From Wickerhamiella versatilis (taxonomy: Eukaryota): DNA of 64,000 nucleotides. The position numbers and the translations under genes were made by a program. The notes below the pieces were generated by a model, which saw nothing but the letters and a program-made list of their open reading frames with translations, was not told the origin of the DNA and did no database searches. Below are positions 50,917 to 60,833 of this stretch, one piece after another (position 1 is the stretch's first letter; each line of letters opens with the position of its first letter). The stretch spans positions 1,612,001-1,676,000 of the forward strand of contig JAQOWU010000007.1 in NCBI GenBank assembly GCA_030867685.1, given 5' to 3'.

Positions 50917-51130
50917 AACCTAACCCTTGATCATGTAGCTGCGTCCTCGGAGGCATTGCACGGTGTGGCGTCAGTGATTCAGATAGACATAGGAAAAATA
51001 TAAACACTATATACATCACTCCATCATTCTTTCCAATCCAAGCTCTGACCTAATCTCAAAGTTGTCATTGCATAACATTAAAGCACTCATTATGCAGCCC
51101 TGCCCTGCTACAATCGGTTTGTCATTCTGC

Positions 51131-52645
51131 ATGCTTCGAGTAGCTGGGGTAGTGGGTGTGACAGGCTGGCGTCACAGTACTTGGGCTCAAACTTATAGTT
51201 GCACTCCATCGTTGTATTTTGAGCCTTCTCGAATAGACGATGTCCAGAAACTTGTTAAGGCAGCGGTAAATCATGGAACAACCATTACTGTGGTTGGTGC
51301 ACGCCATTCACCATCTCAGTTAACGATGACAAGTGGATGGTTGATGTCTCTTGACAGGCTAAAAGCTGTTAAGAATATTGAGAGAAATGGTGACTATGCT
51401 GATATTACTGTCCAGGCCGGTATACGGTTGAATGAACTCAATGATCTGCTTTACGCCGAGGGCCTTTCATTACAAAACCTTGGATCTATCAGTGAACAAA
51501 GTGTAGCTGGAGTCATATCAACGGGTACGCATGGAAGTTCAGCTTACCATGGCCTGATATCAGAGCACATTACCCGTATGCTCGTTGTAGTTGGATCTGG
51601 CGAGACAGTGGAATGCTCCGATACTGAAAATCCTGAACTTTTCAGGGCAGCGCTCTTAGGTTTAGGACGTTTTGGAATTATTGTCGAGGCGACGCTTCGG
51701 GTTGTTCCCGCTTTTGATCTCGAAAGCATTCAGGAGATTGTGCCATTTGAAGAATTTCTTTCAGAAAAGTGGTGGCCACAATTTTTCACATCAGCCGAGT
51801 TCCATAGAGTATGGTGGTATCCCTATGTTGGCAAATGCATTGTGTGGCGGGCCAATCGAACATCAAAGCCTCGAACCAAGCCTTCATACTCTTTTTATGG
51901 TACGAGGGTAGGTCGTTTTTTCTACGAATTGCTTCTTTGGACGTCTGTTGCAATAAGCTCTAAGCTCACTCCCTTCGTCGAGAAATGGCTTTTCCGACAT
52001 CAATTCAAACCAGTCGAGACTGCAGTCGCTCGATCAGATGAGTCAATTAACATGGACTGTCTCTTTAAGCAGTTTGTCGATGAATGGTCCCTACCATTGA
52101 CAAACGGACGTGATGTGCTACTGGCTTTGAATGACGAGATATCAAAACGAAACTTCTACGTGCACTCTCCATTCGAAATCCGTGTCTCCAATACCACGCT
52201 ACCAGAGACAACCTATTTTCCTGAGACAGCAACTGTTGCAGGTGTCTCGGGTGTGGGTCCAAAATACGGTAATTTGACACGTCCCTACTTAGATCCGAGC
52301 CCACATCTACCATGGGCGGCTCCTCCTAACGTTGGACCTGAAAATTTAACACTGAATCTCAACGCTACTATGTATCGGCCTTTTGGAATGAATCCACCGA
52401 CACGAAAATGGTTCTCCTGTTTTGAGCGCATCTGCGAAGAAGCTGGTGGCCGCCCACACTGGGCCAAAAACTTCATAGGATCTCGGGTTCGGGGAGGTGA
52501 GCATGATATGCAAGGTGTTCGTCTAACTGTAGATGCTTGGTATGGCAAGGATGTACACGAATGGAGAAAGGTGAGGGCAGATTATGATCCCACTGACGTG
52601 TTTGGTGGTGGAGCCTACTGGATGAGTTTGAATGGCCTGGATTAA
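51131..52645 (+). CDS. ALO1: D-arabinono-1,4-lactone oxidase
   Basis: VGARHSPS (covalent FAD His), LGSISEQS, STGTHGS, MDCLF, GRPHWAK. The track start is TTG; ATG 51131 is likely. Confidence 0.92.
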   Translation: MLRVAGVVGVTGWRHSTWAQTYSCTPSLYFEPSRIDDVQKLVKAAVNHGTTITVVGARHSPSQLTMTSGWLMSLDRLKAVKNIERNGDYADITVQAGIRLNELNDLLYAEGLSLQNLGSISEQSVAGVISTGTHGSSAYHGLISEHITRMLVVVGSGETVECSDTENPELFRAALLGLGRFGIIVEATLRVVPAFDLESIQEIVPFEEFLSEKWWPQFFTSAEFHRVWWYPYVGKCIVWRANRTSKPRTKPSYSFYGTRVGRFFYELLLWTSVAISSKLTPFVEKWLFRHQFKPVETAVARSDESINMDCLFKQFVDEWSLPLTNGRDVLLALNDEISKRNFYVHSPFEIRVSNTTLPETTYFPETATVAGVSGVGPKYGNLTRPYLDPSPHLPWAAPPNVGPENLTLNLNATMYRPFGMNPPTRKWFSCFERICEEAGGRPHWAKNFIGSRVRGGEHDMQGVRLTVDAWYGKDVHEWRKVRADYDPTDVFGGGAYWMSLNGLD

Positions 52646-52770
52646 CAACCAAAATCGATACTCACACTACTAAGTCACCTAATAATATTAATGTTTCAGT
52701 AGCAAAGTTAAATTAGCGTAATTCTGCTGCCTGGTCTACATACCAGGCGTACCTGACCGAGTCATTAGTC

Positions 52771-54141
52771 ATGTCATATAAGGAAAGGCACGAGCAGTTT
52801 GTGTCTGATCTCACAGGCGGTCCTGTGAGTGAAATATACACTGTATTCTTTCTATGTGTCCTTGGAAATCTTGCATGGCACGGCGTGAGCTCGAAAATTC
52901 CGTCACAGGGCCCTTTTAGTTGTGCGGTAGATTTCGTGTTCAATTGGGCTGTGCCGCTAGCTACGATTACGGTTTATTCTAGTCGACCGATCGGATTACT
53001 CGTAATGCTTTTGATTCCGATTTTCTTCTACTTCCCTCCAAGAAGTAAGACTTTGAGCAATAAGCCTGCTGGAGACGGGCTCTATTTACCCCACAAAACT
53101 TTCATAACGTACTATCGCTCAAATATGATGATAATGACAATATGCGCAATTTTAGCTGTGGACTTTCGAGTATTTCCTCGCCGCTTTGCCAAAGTCGAGA
53201 CTTGGGGAACTTCTCTGATGGATCTGGGTGTCGGATCATTTGTGTTTAGTTTGGGCGTGGTAAGCGCGCGTCAGATTCTTGCCTCTGAAAACTCTGGGGT
53301 AAAAATTCCTTTGTCTCGTGAACTGAAAAATTTCCACGCGTTAAAGGTCTTAGCACTGGGACTTTTACGGTTGACGTTTGTGAAGCTCTTCGCATATCAA
53401 GAACATGAAAGCGAATATGGAACGCATTGGAACTTTTTCATGACTTTGGGAATCTTACCACCTGTATATGCTATTATCAGGAGAATATCTCCTTTCGGGA
53501 TGCTTTGGACAGGCTTGATTATCGCCGTTGGATACGAAATTGCTTTAAAAAACACTGAGCTAATGATATGGGCCTTAAGTGCTCCAAGAACAAACCTCAT
53601 CTCTGCAAATAAGGAAGGAATTTGCTCTTTCGTGGGATACTTAGCTATATTCATTTTTGGTAATGGTATAGGTCGCATCGTTCTGCCTTCATGGGTGCAG
53701 AATCCCGAGGTATCTAAAGCATCGAAGACCGCTTCCAAAGGTAAGAAAGTCATTCCAAACGATTTGCCGAGAATAATATTCAAGCTGGGTCTTATCTCAA
53801 TCGTGACACACATAATATTTACTATACTGAGGACTGAGACGGAGGTCTCGCGTCGCCTGGCTAATCTGCCTTACATTGTGTGGGTAGTGGCTGTGAACAC
53901 ATTTTTATTGACGATTTTTGCCCTTCTCGATCATATCTTTGCCCCGAATACACCTCAGTCCTATACAAATGTCAATAGACTTGGACAGAAGATGTTTCTG
54001 TTAGGAAACGTTCTCACTGGTTTAGTGAATCTCGCGGTCCATACTGTTGATGCTCCTAATGGCCTTGCAGTGATCATACTACTCGGTTACGAAGCTCTTA
54101 TATTTTATGTCTCATTCAAATTGATGAATGCATATAAATAA
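52771..54141 (+). CDS. GWT1: GPI inositol acyltransferase
   Basis: AILAVDF..FPRRFAKVETWGTSLMDLGVG, EYGTHWNFF, NKEG, SRRLAN. Confidence 0.95.
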   Translation: MSYKERHEQFVSDLTGGPVSEIYTVFFLCVLGNLAWHGVSSKIPSQGPFSCAVDFVFNWAVPLATITVYSSRPIGLLVMLLIPIFFYFPPRSKTLSNKPAGDGLYLPHKTFITYYRSNMMIMTICAILAVDFRVFPRRFAKVETWGTSLMDLGVGSFVFSLGVVSARQILASENSGVKIPLSRELKNFHALKVLALGLLRLTFVKLFAYQEHESEYGTHWNFFMTLGILPPVYAIIRRISPFGMLWTGLIIAVGYEIALKNTELMIWALSAPRTNLISANKEGICSFVGYLAIFIFGNGIGRIVLPSWVQNPEVSKASKTASKGKKVIPNDLPRIIFKLGLISIVTHIIFTILRTETEVSRRLANLPYIVWVVAVNTFLLTIFALLDHIFAPNTPQSYTNVNRLGQKMFLLGNVLTGLVNLAVHTVDAPNGLAVIILLGYEALIFYVSFKLMNAYK

Positions 54142-54283
54142 AAAAAAACACTGCGACCTTTTCTACGACCGTAGATAATTATCTATTTAAGTTTTGAACA
54201 GTTATGTGAAAAAAGCAACTCGTGTATTATAGCCGTGGATGAATATTAGAACAAATTCTTTTTGAAATGTCATGCCCGATGCT

Positions 54284-54955
54284 TCACTCGCTTAGAAAAC
54301 CACGTCCATTATCAACACCTGAATTTCTTTCCACAATCCCCCATAGACGATCCATGCGAAGACCACCTAGATTGTCAGCAACATAAAACCGGGTCACTGA
54401 TTTTCTTTCCGGATCTATATATGCCCAGTTAACCCACCCATTACGTTGATTAGCCAAAAATGTTGTCGAAATCTTTATGGGGACGCCATAAGTTGACCTA
54501 CCAAAGAGAGATAGCTTTTCTAACATAAGAGTTTCATCGCGCTCCAAATTTTCCAAAGTTTGAGGCTCATCCCGCCGATAAACTCGGAATATTCTTGAAA
54601 CATAACCACCAGCGTACCATTGGATCAAAGGTAAGGGAACACTCAACGGTACTGCCAAGAGCCATGGACTGAAATCAACCACCCCTAGGGCCAGATAACC
54701 AATGTATCCCCCAACTGCCAGTATTCCCATACTCCATCGCTTGGTGAATGCGACCTGTGACGCCATGGGGCCCTCGTAGAGGGGTTGCTGGCTCAGTACC
54801 CAATTAGGATCCATGGGTTCTTTAAATAGCATACCTGGCCGCTTCACTTTATAAAGATATGCTTCATCGGGGTTGGATGGATCGACCTGCGATCTCAAAA
54901 TTCGCGCGGTGGAAAATCTGAACGATCCTAAGTGCCTCGACGGGAGTCTTAACAT
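54284..54955 (-). CDS. Putative mitochondrial inner-membrane protein, TMEM70/TMEM186-like
   Basis: Arg/Ser-rich presequence; YEGP..SQV..TKRWS followed by two short hydrophobic helices and YVSRI. The family call is from motif memory. Confidence 0.55.
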   Translation of the reverse strand: MLRLPSRHLGSFRFSTARILRSQVDPSNPDEAYLYKVKRPGMLFKEPMDPNWVLSQQPLYEGPMASQVAFTKRWSMGILAVGGYIGYLALGVVDFSPWLLAVPLSVPLPLIQWYAGGYVSRIFRVYRRDEPQTLENLERDETLMLEKLSLFGRSTYGVPIKISTTFLANQRNGWVNWAYIDPERKSVTRFYVADNLGGLRMDRLWGIVERNSGVDNGRGFLSE

Positions 54956-55038
54956 GTTATGTCATCTACAGAACTGGCTCCGTTGTATATTGAATTTCGT
55001 ATCGCTATCAATAGCAATTTTAATGAAATAGTCTTAAA

Positions 55039-58000
55039 TCATAAGAATGGTGCCCAACCTATATACATTTGACACAAATTGCGTGACGAAACCGCTTCAG
55101 CTATTAGGTGTTCCACCTGCCCATCGACAGATAAAGGAGCACTATCACGATTTTTTATACCACGAATCTTGCGTCGAATTACGTCGAGAACGTTTGCTGC
55201 CGTATTTGCAGTACCAACCACAGGATCGTATAGAAAGCTTTCGAGTACGGTCATAAATAAGTCTTCGTTAGATCGAAGCAGTCCCAGCGAGATTTCACAG
55301 GCTCGTCGAAACTGCCCTTCATATCCGGTAATTCCCAGAGCAGCTATTAGATTGTGTGTTAGCCGAAAGGGTACTCTTTCAGGGTATTTAAAGTTTTCAC
55401 CTTTATCGAACAAGCAATCAAAATCTACATGCAAAACTTCACCAGTAGCTTCAATCACAAGCAAGTTTTCAAGATGTCTGTCGCCCAAACCAACTATATA
55501 GCCAAGTATGCTCATCACAGCTAGAGATCGAGCATAGCGCGCGCGGGCTTTCAGCCATTGCCTTGGATCTGGGAATTGTGCTAAATACCATTCTTGAAGT
55601 ACAGCTGGGAACTTGTGCAAAGCCTGATGAAATGAGCTTTCACGCTCTGTTATAGGCCTTGATTGTGAGAGAGGTGATTTCCAGTCACTAAACCTGCCTG
55701 TGACACCATGCGCTTTGTGCAATGCCTCCAATATTTTTCTAATAGGAATTGCACCTTCAACCCACTCTATTATTCCAGAAGAATCATCTATGGGTGTCAC
55801 ACGAAAAGTAGGAATAGATAAGTGACGTTGAGCTGCTTGAGGGTCCAGAGAGAGCATGCGGTTAGCCGTGGTGGTGAAATCAATGAGACGAGAGTCCTTA
55901 CGAAGGTCGTCCTTTCCTTTCAACAGGAGTAAGTAGCGTAGTCCATCAGTTCCATAGACAGCCATACGCCTGGGCCGTTGTAAAGAGTGCTGGATCACCA
56001 ATACAGGGTCAATCTTCCACATAGTAGGGTCCCTTGGGAGCGCCTGAAAGTTGGGAGAATGCTGCTTAGCACTGGGGAGAGTACAAGTCATTACACGCTG
56101 TACTGGGACAGCTAATCTACAAGGTATGCTTCCCTTTAGAGTGGGGTCCTCCAATTTTAACGTAGGGCCAGAAGGAAGGGAGCGAGTACACAAATGTCGA
56201 AGCCTTTCCACAAACCTTGCAGCTTCATCCTTTATTTCTCCTGTCTCGCCACTAAGAGAGCTAAGTATTGCGCGGCCTCGTGCTTGCCTGATGTGTTCCT
56301 TGGCCCGTGTGACTTCTAGTAGAGGCCAGAGCGCTTGGCGAGGATAAGCGTCTACTGCCTTCCGCACAAGTCTCTCGAGTACTTCATATGCATTTTGGCT
56401 TGAATGTCCTAGTCGGGATAAAAGCTGTGGGAGACCTAGGTAAAGGACATATGCAGGAACTTTTGAAGACCAGTGTCTGATTGTTTCCCCAATGTGGGCC
56501 ATATTGCGCTTACCTTGAGGTCCGATATCGAGCCACAATCCTATCAGTTTTGGTAGTGTTTCTTCCACATGTTCTATTCCACATAGAAGGGATTGGGTGT
56601 AAGCTCGCACGACGTACTTATTCCATGAACCGTCAACCGCATGCGGTGCCCTTTCCGTCACTGGTAATGCATCCTGTGCATCAATAAGTTTGGCATAATG
56701 CTTTCCCAGGCGATATTCTGCTTCCTCCCAATGTGGAGCCAATTTAGCCGTATTCGTATACCCCTTTATCAGTTCACTAGAAGGAACCTGTCCTGCCTGT
56801 TCAAGCCAAATTGTCAGCTGTAGAAGCTTTGGTGCAGCATCAGGTGGCATCTGTTTGCGGCTATATTTCGGAATTGTGCGTTCTAGTGTTTTTATTGCTT
56901 TTCGAGGTTCACCTTGTTGCCAAAGAAGTTGCGCATACTCCTCAGTGGACTCGGCCCTCAAGACTGCCGTTAGTGCTCTTAATGGTTGATGAGCACTTCT
57001 TGAATCTTTAGATATTAAGGCCCAAGTCATTTGAGTTTCTTTGGAAGCCTCATCGGGAAATACTGCTGAATATGCCGCCCGACGTAGGCTTAAAAGCCAT
57101 CTGCGATCCTCAATATCATTTCCTACACAAGAAAGACGCGAATCGAGGATATTCTTCAAATTTTCGGGCTTTAAACGAGTGAAGGAACTCAGATCTTCGA
57201 ACGCGTGAAGTTTTAATACTGTTGAACGCCCTTTCCCTACAAGACCAAACCGAGCATGGTCCACTAGCATATTAAATCTTTCCATCTTTTTATCCTTTAA
57301 AGCAAGGATAGCCTCTCCTAGCCATGGTTCATTAGCCAGGCGGACCCATTTGGCAAGTGCTTGCCAGTCACAAGAACTTATGGCGCAATTTACTGCACCA
57401 TCGGCTACCGCAGAAGGATTGGGAGCTTTCTCTGCTTGTGCCAACGCTTCTTGGTCATGTCCACTTTTTAGTAAACATTCTATATGCTCAGAGTTATTCC
57501 ATTGACCTAATGCAGAATAGCAAGCTAATGCAGCTTCCCAGTTTCCCATGGCTCTATGTTCCAAAACGAGATATGCAGGGTTCAAAGGCACAGTGAGCTT
57601 TGCTGATAAGCCTTCTAATGAGTCAGTATCGTGTAAAGTAGAAAACATTGCACGCAAGTCATCCCAAGCCTCTGGTGGTCTTTCTGTCGCTTGTTCCCAA
57701 TAACGAATTACACGGGCAGGGTCATTGGCTTCACGGGCCCTTTTAGCCATTACTGCGGGCGATATTTCTTCCAAAAAACGTTCTACCCTGCGCAAAGCAT
57801 GTAATGCTGTTCTATGTGGTGCTGCACGTGTATTTCGAAGCCAACTTCCAAAATAGTCCAGAACCTGGAATATTAGTATGTGGAATGCCGGAGCACCAGA
57901 GAAGGCTAGTACCGCATGAACTTCAGTGAGGAAGACCTCCAAGTTCTCATTTGAGGTAGTTATCGCAGAAAGTGCTGCGTAGGGAAGAAGCCACTCGAGA

Positions 58001-60519
58001 ATTTCGGGGAACTCTTCCCTTACTGATAGCCTACAGAGACCAAATATTTTCCGCTCATTTTCACTACCTACCCGATACATCTGATCGTAGCTCAATTCAG
58101 CGAGCCATCTACTGTAGCTGATTCCAGGTTGTAAAATCGGATAACTAGCATTAGGAACCGACTCGCTTTTCATGACATACATAGTTTGGAGAAATGGAGC
58201 TATCGCATGGCCCAGATCCCCTGGATACTCAGAAAAAAATCGCTGAGATTGAGATTCTAAAGCATCGCTTCCGAATCCTGCTACTTTCAATAATTCTTGA
58301 ATGCCATATGCAATATATGTTTGGAGAGTAGGATCCACAGCTGATTCAAACGCCGGTAGAAGATACCGCGCTACTAATATCGAAATGAACTCAGCACATT
58401 CAGAACGGGTATCTAAGAGATAAGTAAATACTGGTGGCCCTGGTTTTGGGGTCGACTCAATTGTGTGAGGATCTAATGCCCCAAGCAGCCCTATAGCTCG
58501 AGACAAAAGCACTCGTGTTTTTTTGCTGTGATTGCTTTTTGCGGAGAGATCACTGAGAATACCAAGAAGTTCACTAAGAATAGCCTTACCTTCAACATCC
58601 GACATCCACTGTGGAATATCTATTTGATGATGTTCAAGTATTTCACACACTTCTAGTAGCATCTGCCTGACCAAGAAAGTATTTTCTTTGTCCCCTCGAG
58701 TCATGGCCTCATGCAATCGCCTAAGAGGTCGTCTTCTCCCTTGGATTTCAGATATATGAGTTTGAAGCTCTTTAAATGGAACATTGGGGCATCCATTCTC
58801 TTTAATATGCTTCAATGTTACCTCCCGTTTTAATAAAGTCTCCACAATCTCATATGAAAGACGTTGAGATTCATGCTCAAGACTTGGGTAGAGATCACTG
58901 ACTAGTGAGAAGCTGATATCAACGATATCACCAACATTATCTCCTAAATATATTACCATTGATCTCCAAGCCCTTAATGCGCCCTCTATTAGTTCTGTCA
59001 CATCGAGTGCACTGAGTAGAAATGCAGAAATTTGACGTATGGCACCAGGAAGCTCACTTACACATAGCTCCATCATGGCTTCTAACCCATGTAAGCATTG
59101 GAGTTTTGTCGCTACCTGCTGGCGCCCTTGCAAAGACCTCATAGCATGCGAAAAGTGAAGCACTAGCTTGAATACGTGAGACCTCGTAACATATCCGGCA
59201 AACTCATTCTTCAGCATCATAATAATTCTCTTTCTTTTATTATCTTGATTCTCCGGGACAAGTTTTAGGACCTCAAATATAATAGGTGTCTTGTCAACGC
59301 CTAATATTCGACCAAACCCAATCTGGCCAAAAGCGGGGTGCAATTCGCAAAACCGCTGTTCAGCATAGGCCATGGGATCTGGAGTGTCTTGGACTAGGAA
59401 TTGAGCAATTATAGATGGTGCATGATTGATATACATTGAAGGCGGATTGATCCCCAAAGTCTCTGCTATCCAAAGAGCTGATTTAGTTTCACCTGCTAAG
59501 CAAAGATATGGAAGCACCTGAGGTAATGTTCGGGAAAGAAAGGATACCGTACTGACCTCGAGAATTTTCACAAACTTTTCCAGAATGGTACTACGGTTAC
59601 GAATAGCTGTGAGAGCGAGTGTGCTCCAATATGGAGCACATAGTTGGTAGGGGGTGGTAAACCGGTTATGTGCCGCTACGCGGAAGCCATATGCACCAAG
59701 ATATGACCTATTTTGCAGAAGATCCAGCATTTTGAGAAGTATCAGATTAAGCTCATCACCATTCGCTAAAGACGCATGAGCAATCAAGCATTCAAGATAT
59801 AAAAAGTTTTCTGTTGGTGCTCTTACAATACATGCCTGTAGTGCCTGGCGACCAAAATAGGCACTAGCCATGACTGATAATTTGCGGAGCGGTCGCGACT
59901 CAGAATCTAGTCCACCTTTAACCCATCTTCCAATACTAGAATGCCACTCAGGCGCACTATAGCGCCGGAGCACCTCCAATATGATGTGAGCAATGGCAAA
60001 TCGACTGTCAGAGTCAAGTCTCTGCTCATTTTCTGTAAAGGCAAGCAGCGTTTGTAAAATGTCGTTGGGTATAGCGTTTTTTCTTTCAGTAGCTTTTGGG
60101 AGGGGAAGTGATCTTAAATTCATGCAAAATGACTCAAGTTTACCACTGCAACGGTAATCGATATTAAGAGGGCGTTTTGGTGCCTCATAAGAAGTTGTGG
60201 GTAGCTTCTCGAGCAGGGATATTGATTCCTGTGGATGCTGATGAAGAATGCATTGTTTAAATTGGTTGATATGCGTGAAAAGCTCTCTTGAAGTCAAAAA
60301 ACAATCAGCTATTATCTTTAATGTGGATAATGGTCCATGAGCTAGTTCTGTGAATACAGGTTTCCCGTGTACTTCAATGGCAAATACTTCTGGATGGCTC
60401 TTTGCTACAGCGCGTACTAGGTCTACTGACGATTTTGGATGTGCAGCAGCTACTTTGACAGCTTCTACTGCTTGTAATCGTGTTGGATGAGACTCCAGCT
60501 GGGCCCGCAGCTTGTCCAT
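55039..60519 (-). CDS. MEC1: ATR/Mec1 PIKK checkpoint kinase
   Basis: UME-like segment, FAT domain, kinase motifs (SLQRP, KDDLRKD, GLGDRHLEN, HVDFDCLF, PERVPFRLT), FATC ending MYIGWAPFL. Confidence 0.93.
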   Translation of the reverse strand: MDKLRAQLESHPTRLQAVEAVKVAAAHPKSSVDLVRAVAKSHPEVFAIEVHGKPVFTELAHGPLSTLKIIADCFLTSRELFTHINQFKQCILHQHPQESISLLEKLPTTSYEAPKRPLNIDYRCSGKLESFCMNLRSLPLPKATERKNAIPNDILQTLLAFTENEQRLDSDSRFAIAHIILEVLRRYSAPEWHSSIGRWVKGGLDSESRPLRKLSVMASAYFGRQALQACIVRAPTENFLYLECLIAHASLANGDELNLILLKMLDLLQNRSYLGAYGFRVAAHNRFTTPYQLCAPYWSTLALTAIRNRSTILEKFVKILEVSTVSFLSRTLPQVLPYLCLAGETKSALWIAETLGINPPSMYINHAPSIIAQFLVQDTPDPMAYAEQRFCELHPAFGQIGFGRILGVDKTPIIFEVLKLVPENQDNKRKRIIMMLKNEFAGYVTRSHVFKLVLHFSHAMRSLQGRQQVATKLQCLHGLEAMMELCVSELPGAIRQISAFLLSALDVTELIEGALRAWRSMVIYLGDNVGDIVDISFSLVSDLYPSLEHESQRLSYEIVETLLKREVTLKHIKENGCPNVPFKELQTHISEIQGRRRPLRRLHEAMTRGDKENTFLVRQMLLEVCEILEHHQIDIPQWMSDVEGKAILSELLGILSDLSAKSNHSKKTRVLLSRAIGLLGALDPHTIESTPKPGPPVFTYLLDTRSECAEFISILVARYLLPAFESAVDPTLQTYIAYGIQELLKVAGFGSDALESQSQRFFSEYPGDLGHAIAPFLQTMYVMKSESVPNASYPILQPGISYSRWLAELSYDQMYRVGSENERKIFGLCRLSVREEFPEILEWLLPYAALSAITTSNENLEVFLTEVHAVLAFSGAPAFHILIFQVLDYFGSWLRNTRAAPHRTALHALRRVERFLEEISPAVMAKRAREANDPARVIRYWEQATERPPEAWDDLRAMFSTLHDTDSLEGLSAKLTVPLNPAYLVLEHRAMGNWEAALACYSALGQWNNSEHIECLLKSGHDQEALAQAEKAPNPSAVADGAVNCAISSCDWQALAKWVRLANEPWLGEAILALKDKKMERFNMLVDHARFGLVGKGRSTVLKLHAFEDLSSFTRLKPENLKNILDSRLSCVGNDIEDRRWLLSLRRAAYSAVFPDEASKETQMTWALISKDSRSAHQPLRALTAVLRAESTEEYAQLLWQQGEPRKAIKTLERTIPKYSRKQMPPDAAPKLLQLTIWLEQAGQVPSSELIKGYTNTAKLAPHWEEAEYRLGKHYAKLIDAQDALPVTERAPHAVDGSWNKYVVRAYTQSLLCGIEHVEETLPKLIGLWLDIGPQGKRNMAHIGETIRHWSSKVPAYVLYLGLPQLLSRLGHSSQNAYEVLERLVRKAVDAYPRQALWPLLEVTRAKEHIRQARGRAILSSLSGETGEIKDEAARFVERLRHLCTRSLPSGPTLKLEDPTLKGSIPCRLAVPVQRVMTCTLPSAKQHSPNFQALPRDPTMWKIDPVLVIQHSLQRPRRMAVYGTDGLRYLLLLKGKDDLRKDSRLIDFTTTANRMLSLDPQAAQRHLSIPTFRVTPIDDSSGIIEWVEGAIPIRKILEALHKAHGVTGRFSDWKSPLSQSRPITERESSFHQALHKFPAVLQEWYLAQFPDPRQWLKARARYARSLAVMSILGYIVGLGDRHLENLLVIEATGEVLHVDFDCLFDKGENFKYPERVPFRLTHNLIAALGITGYEGQFRRACEISLGLLRSNEDLFMTVLESFLYDPVVGTANTAANVLDVIRRKIRGIKNRDSAPLSVDGQVEHLIAEAVSSRNLCQMYIGWAPFL

Positions 60520-60833
60520 GTAAGCGAGAATAGATTGAATTCGTAACTGTTTTTATAACCAGACAGCGAAGGCCCATGATAAATTTAAGTACAAATAATG
60601 TAAATTTCACTAATTTCTGGCATTCTAGGCCAATTCTGTAAAGGTCAGATCATTGTATATATATCGTGGAAAGATAGACTGCGGGAACTTCAAGTGCATA
60701 ACATTTTATTTCTTTCATTACGCAATTGAATAAGAATTGGTGGAGTCTGTGAGAAAACTATCTATCATTTTAGCCAAATATTTACTTGTCGCTACTTGTG
60801 CTCAACGAAAGGATTTTGTGACTAAGCCATTTC

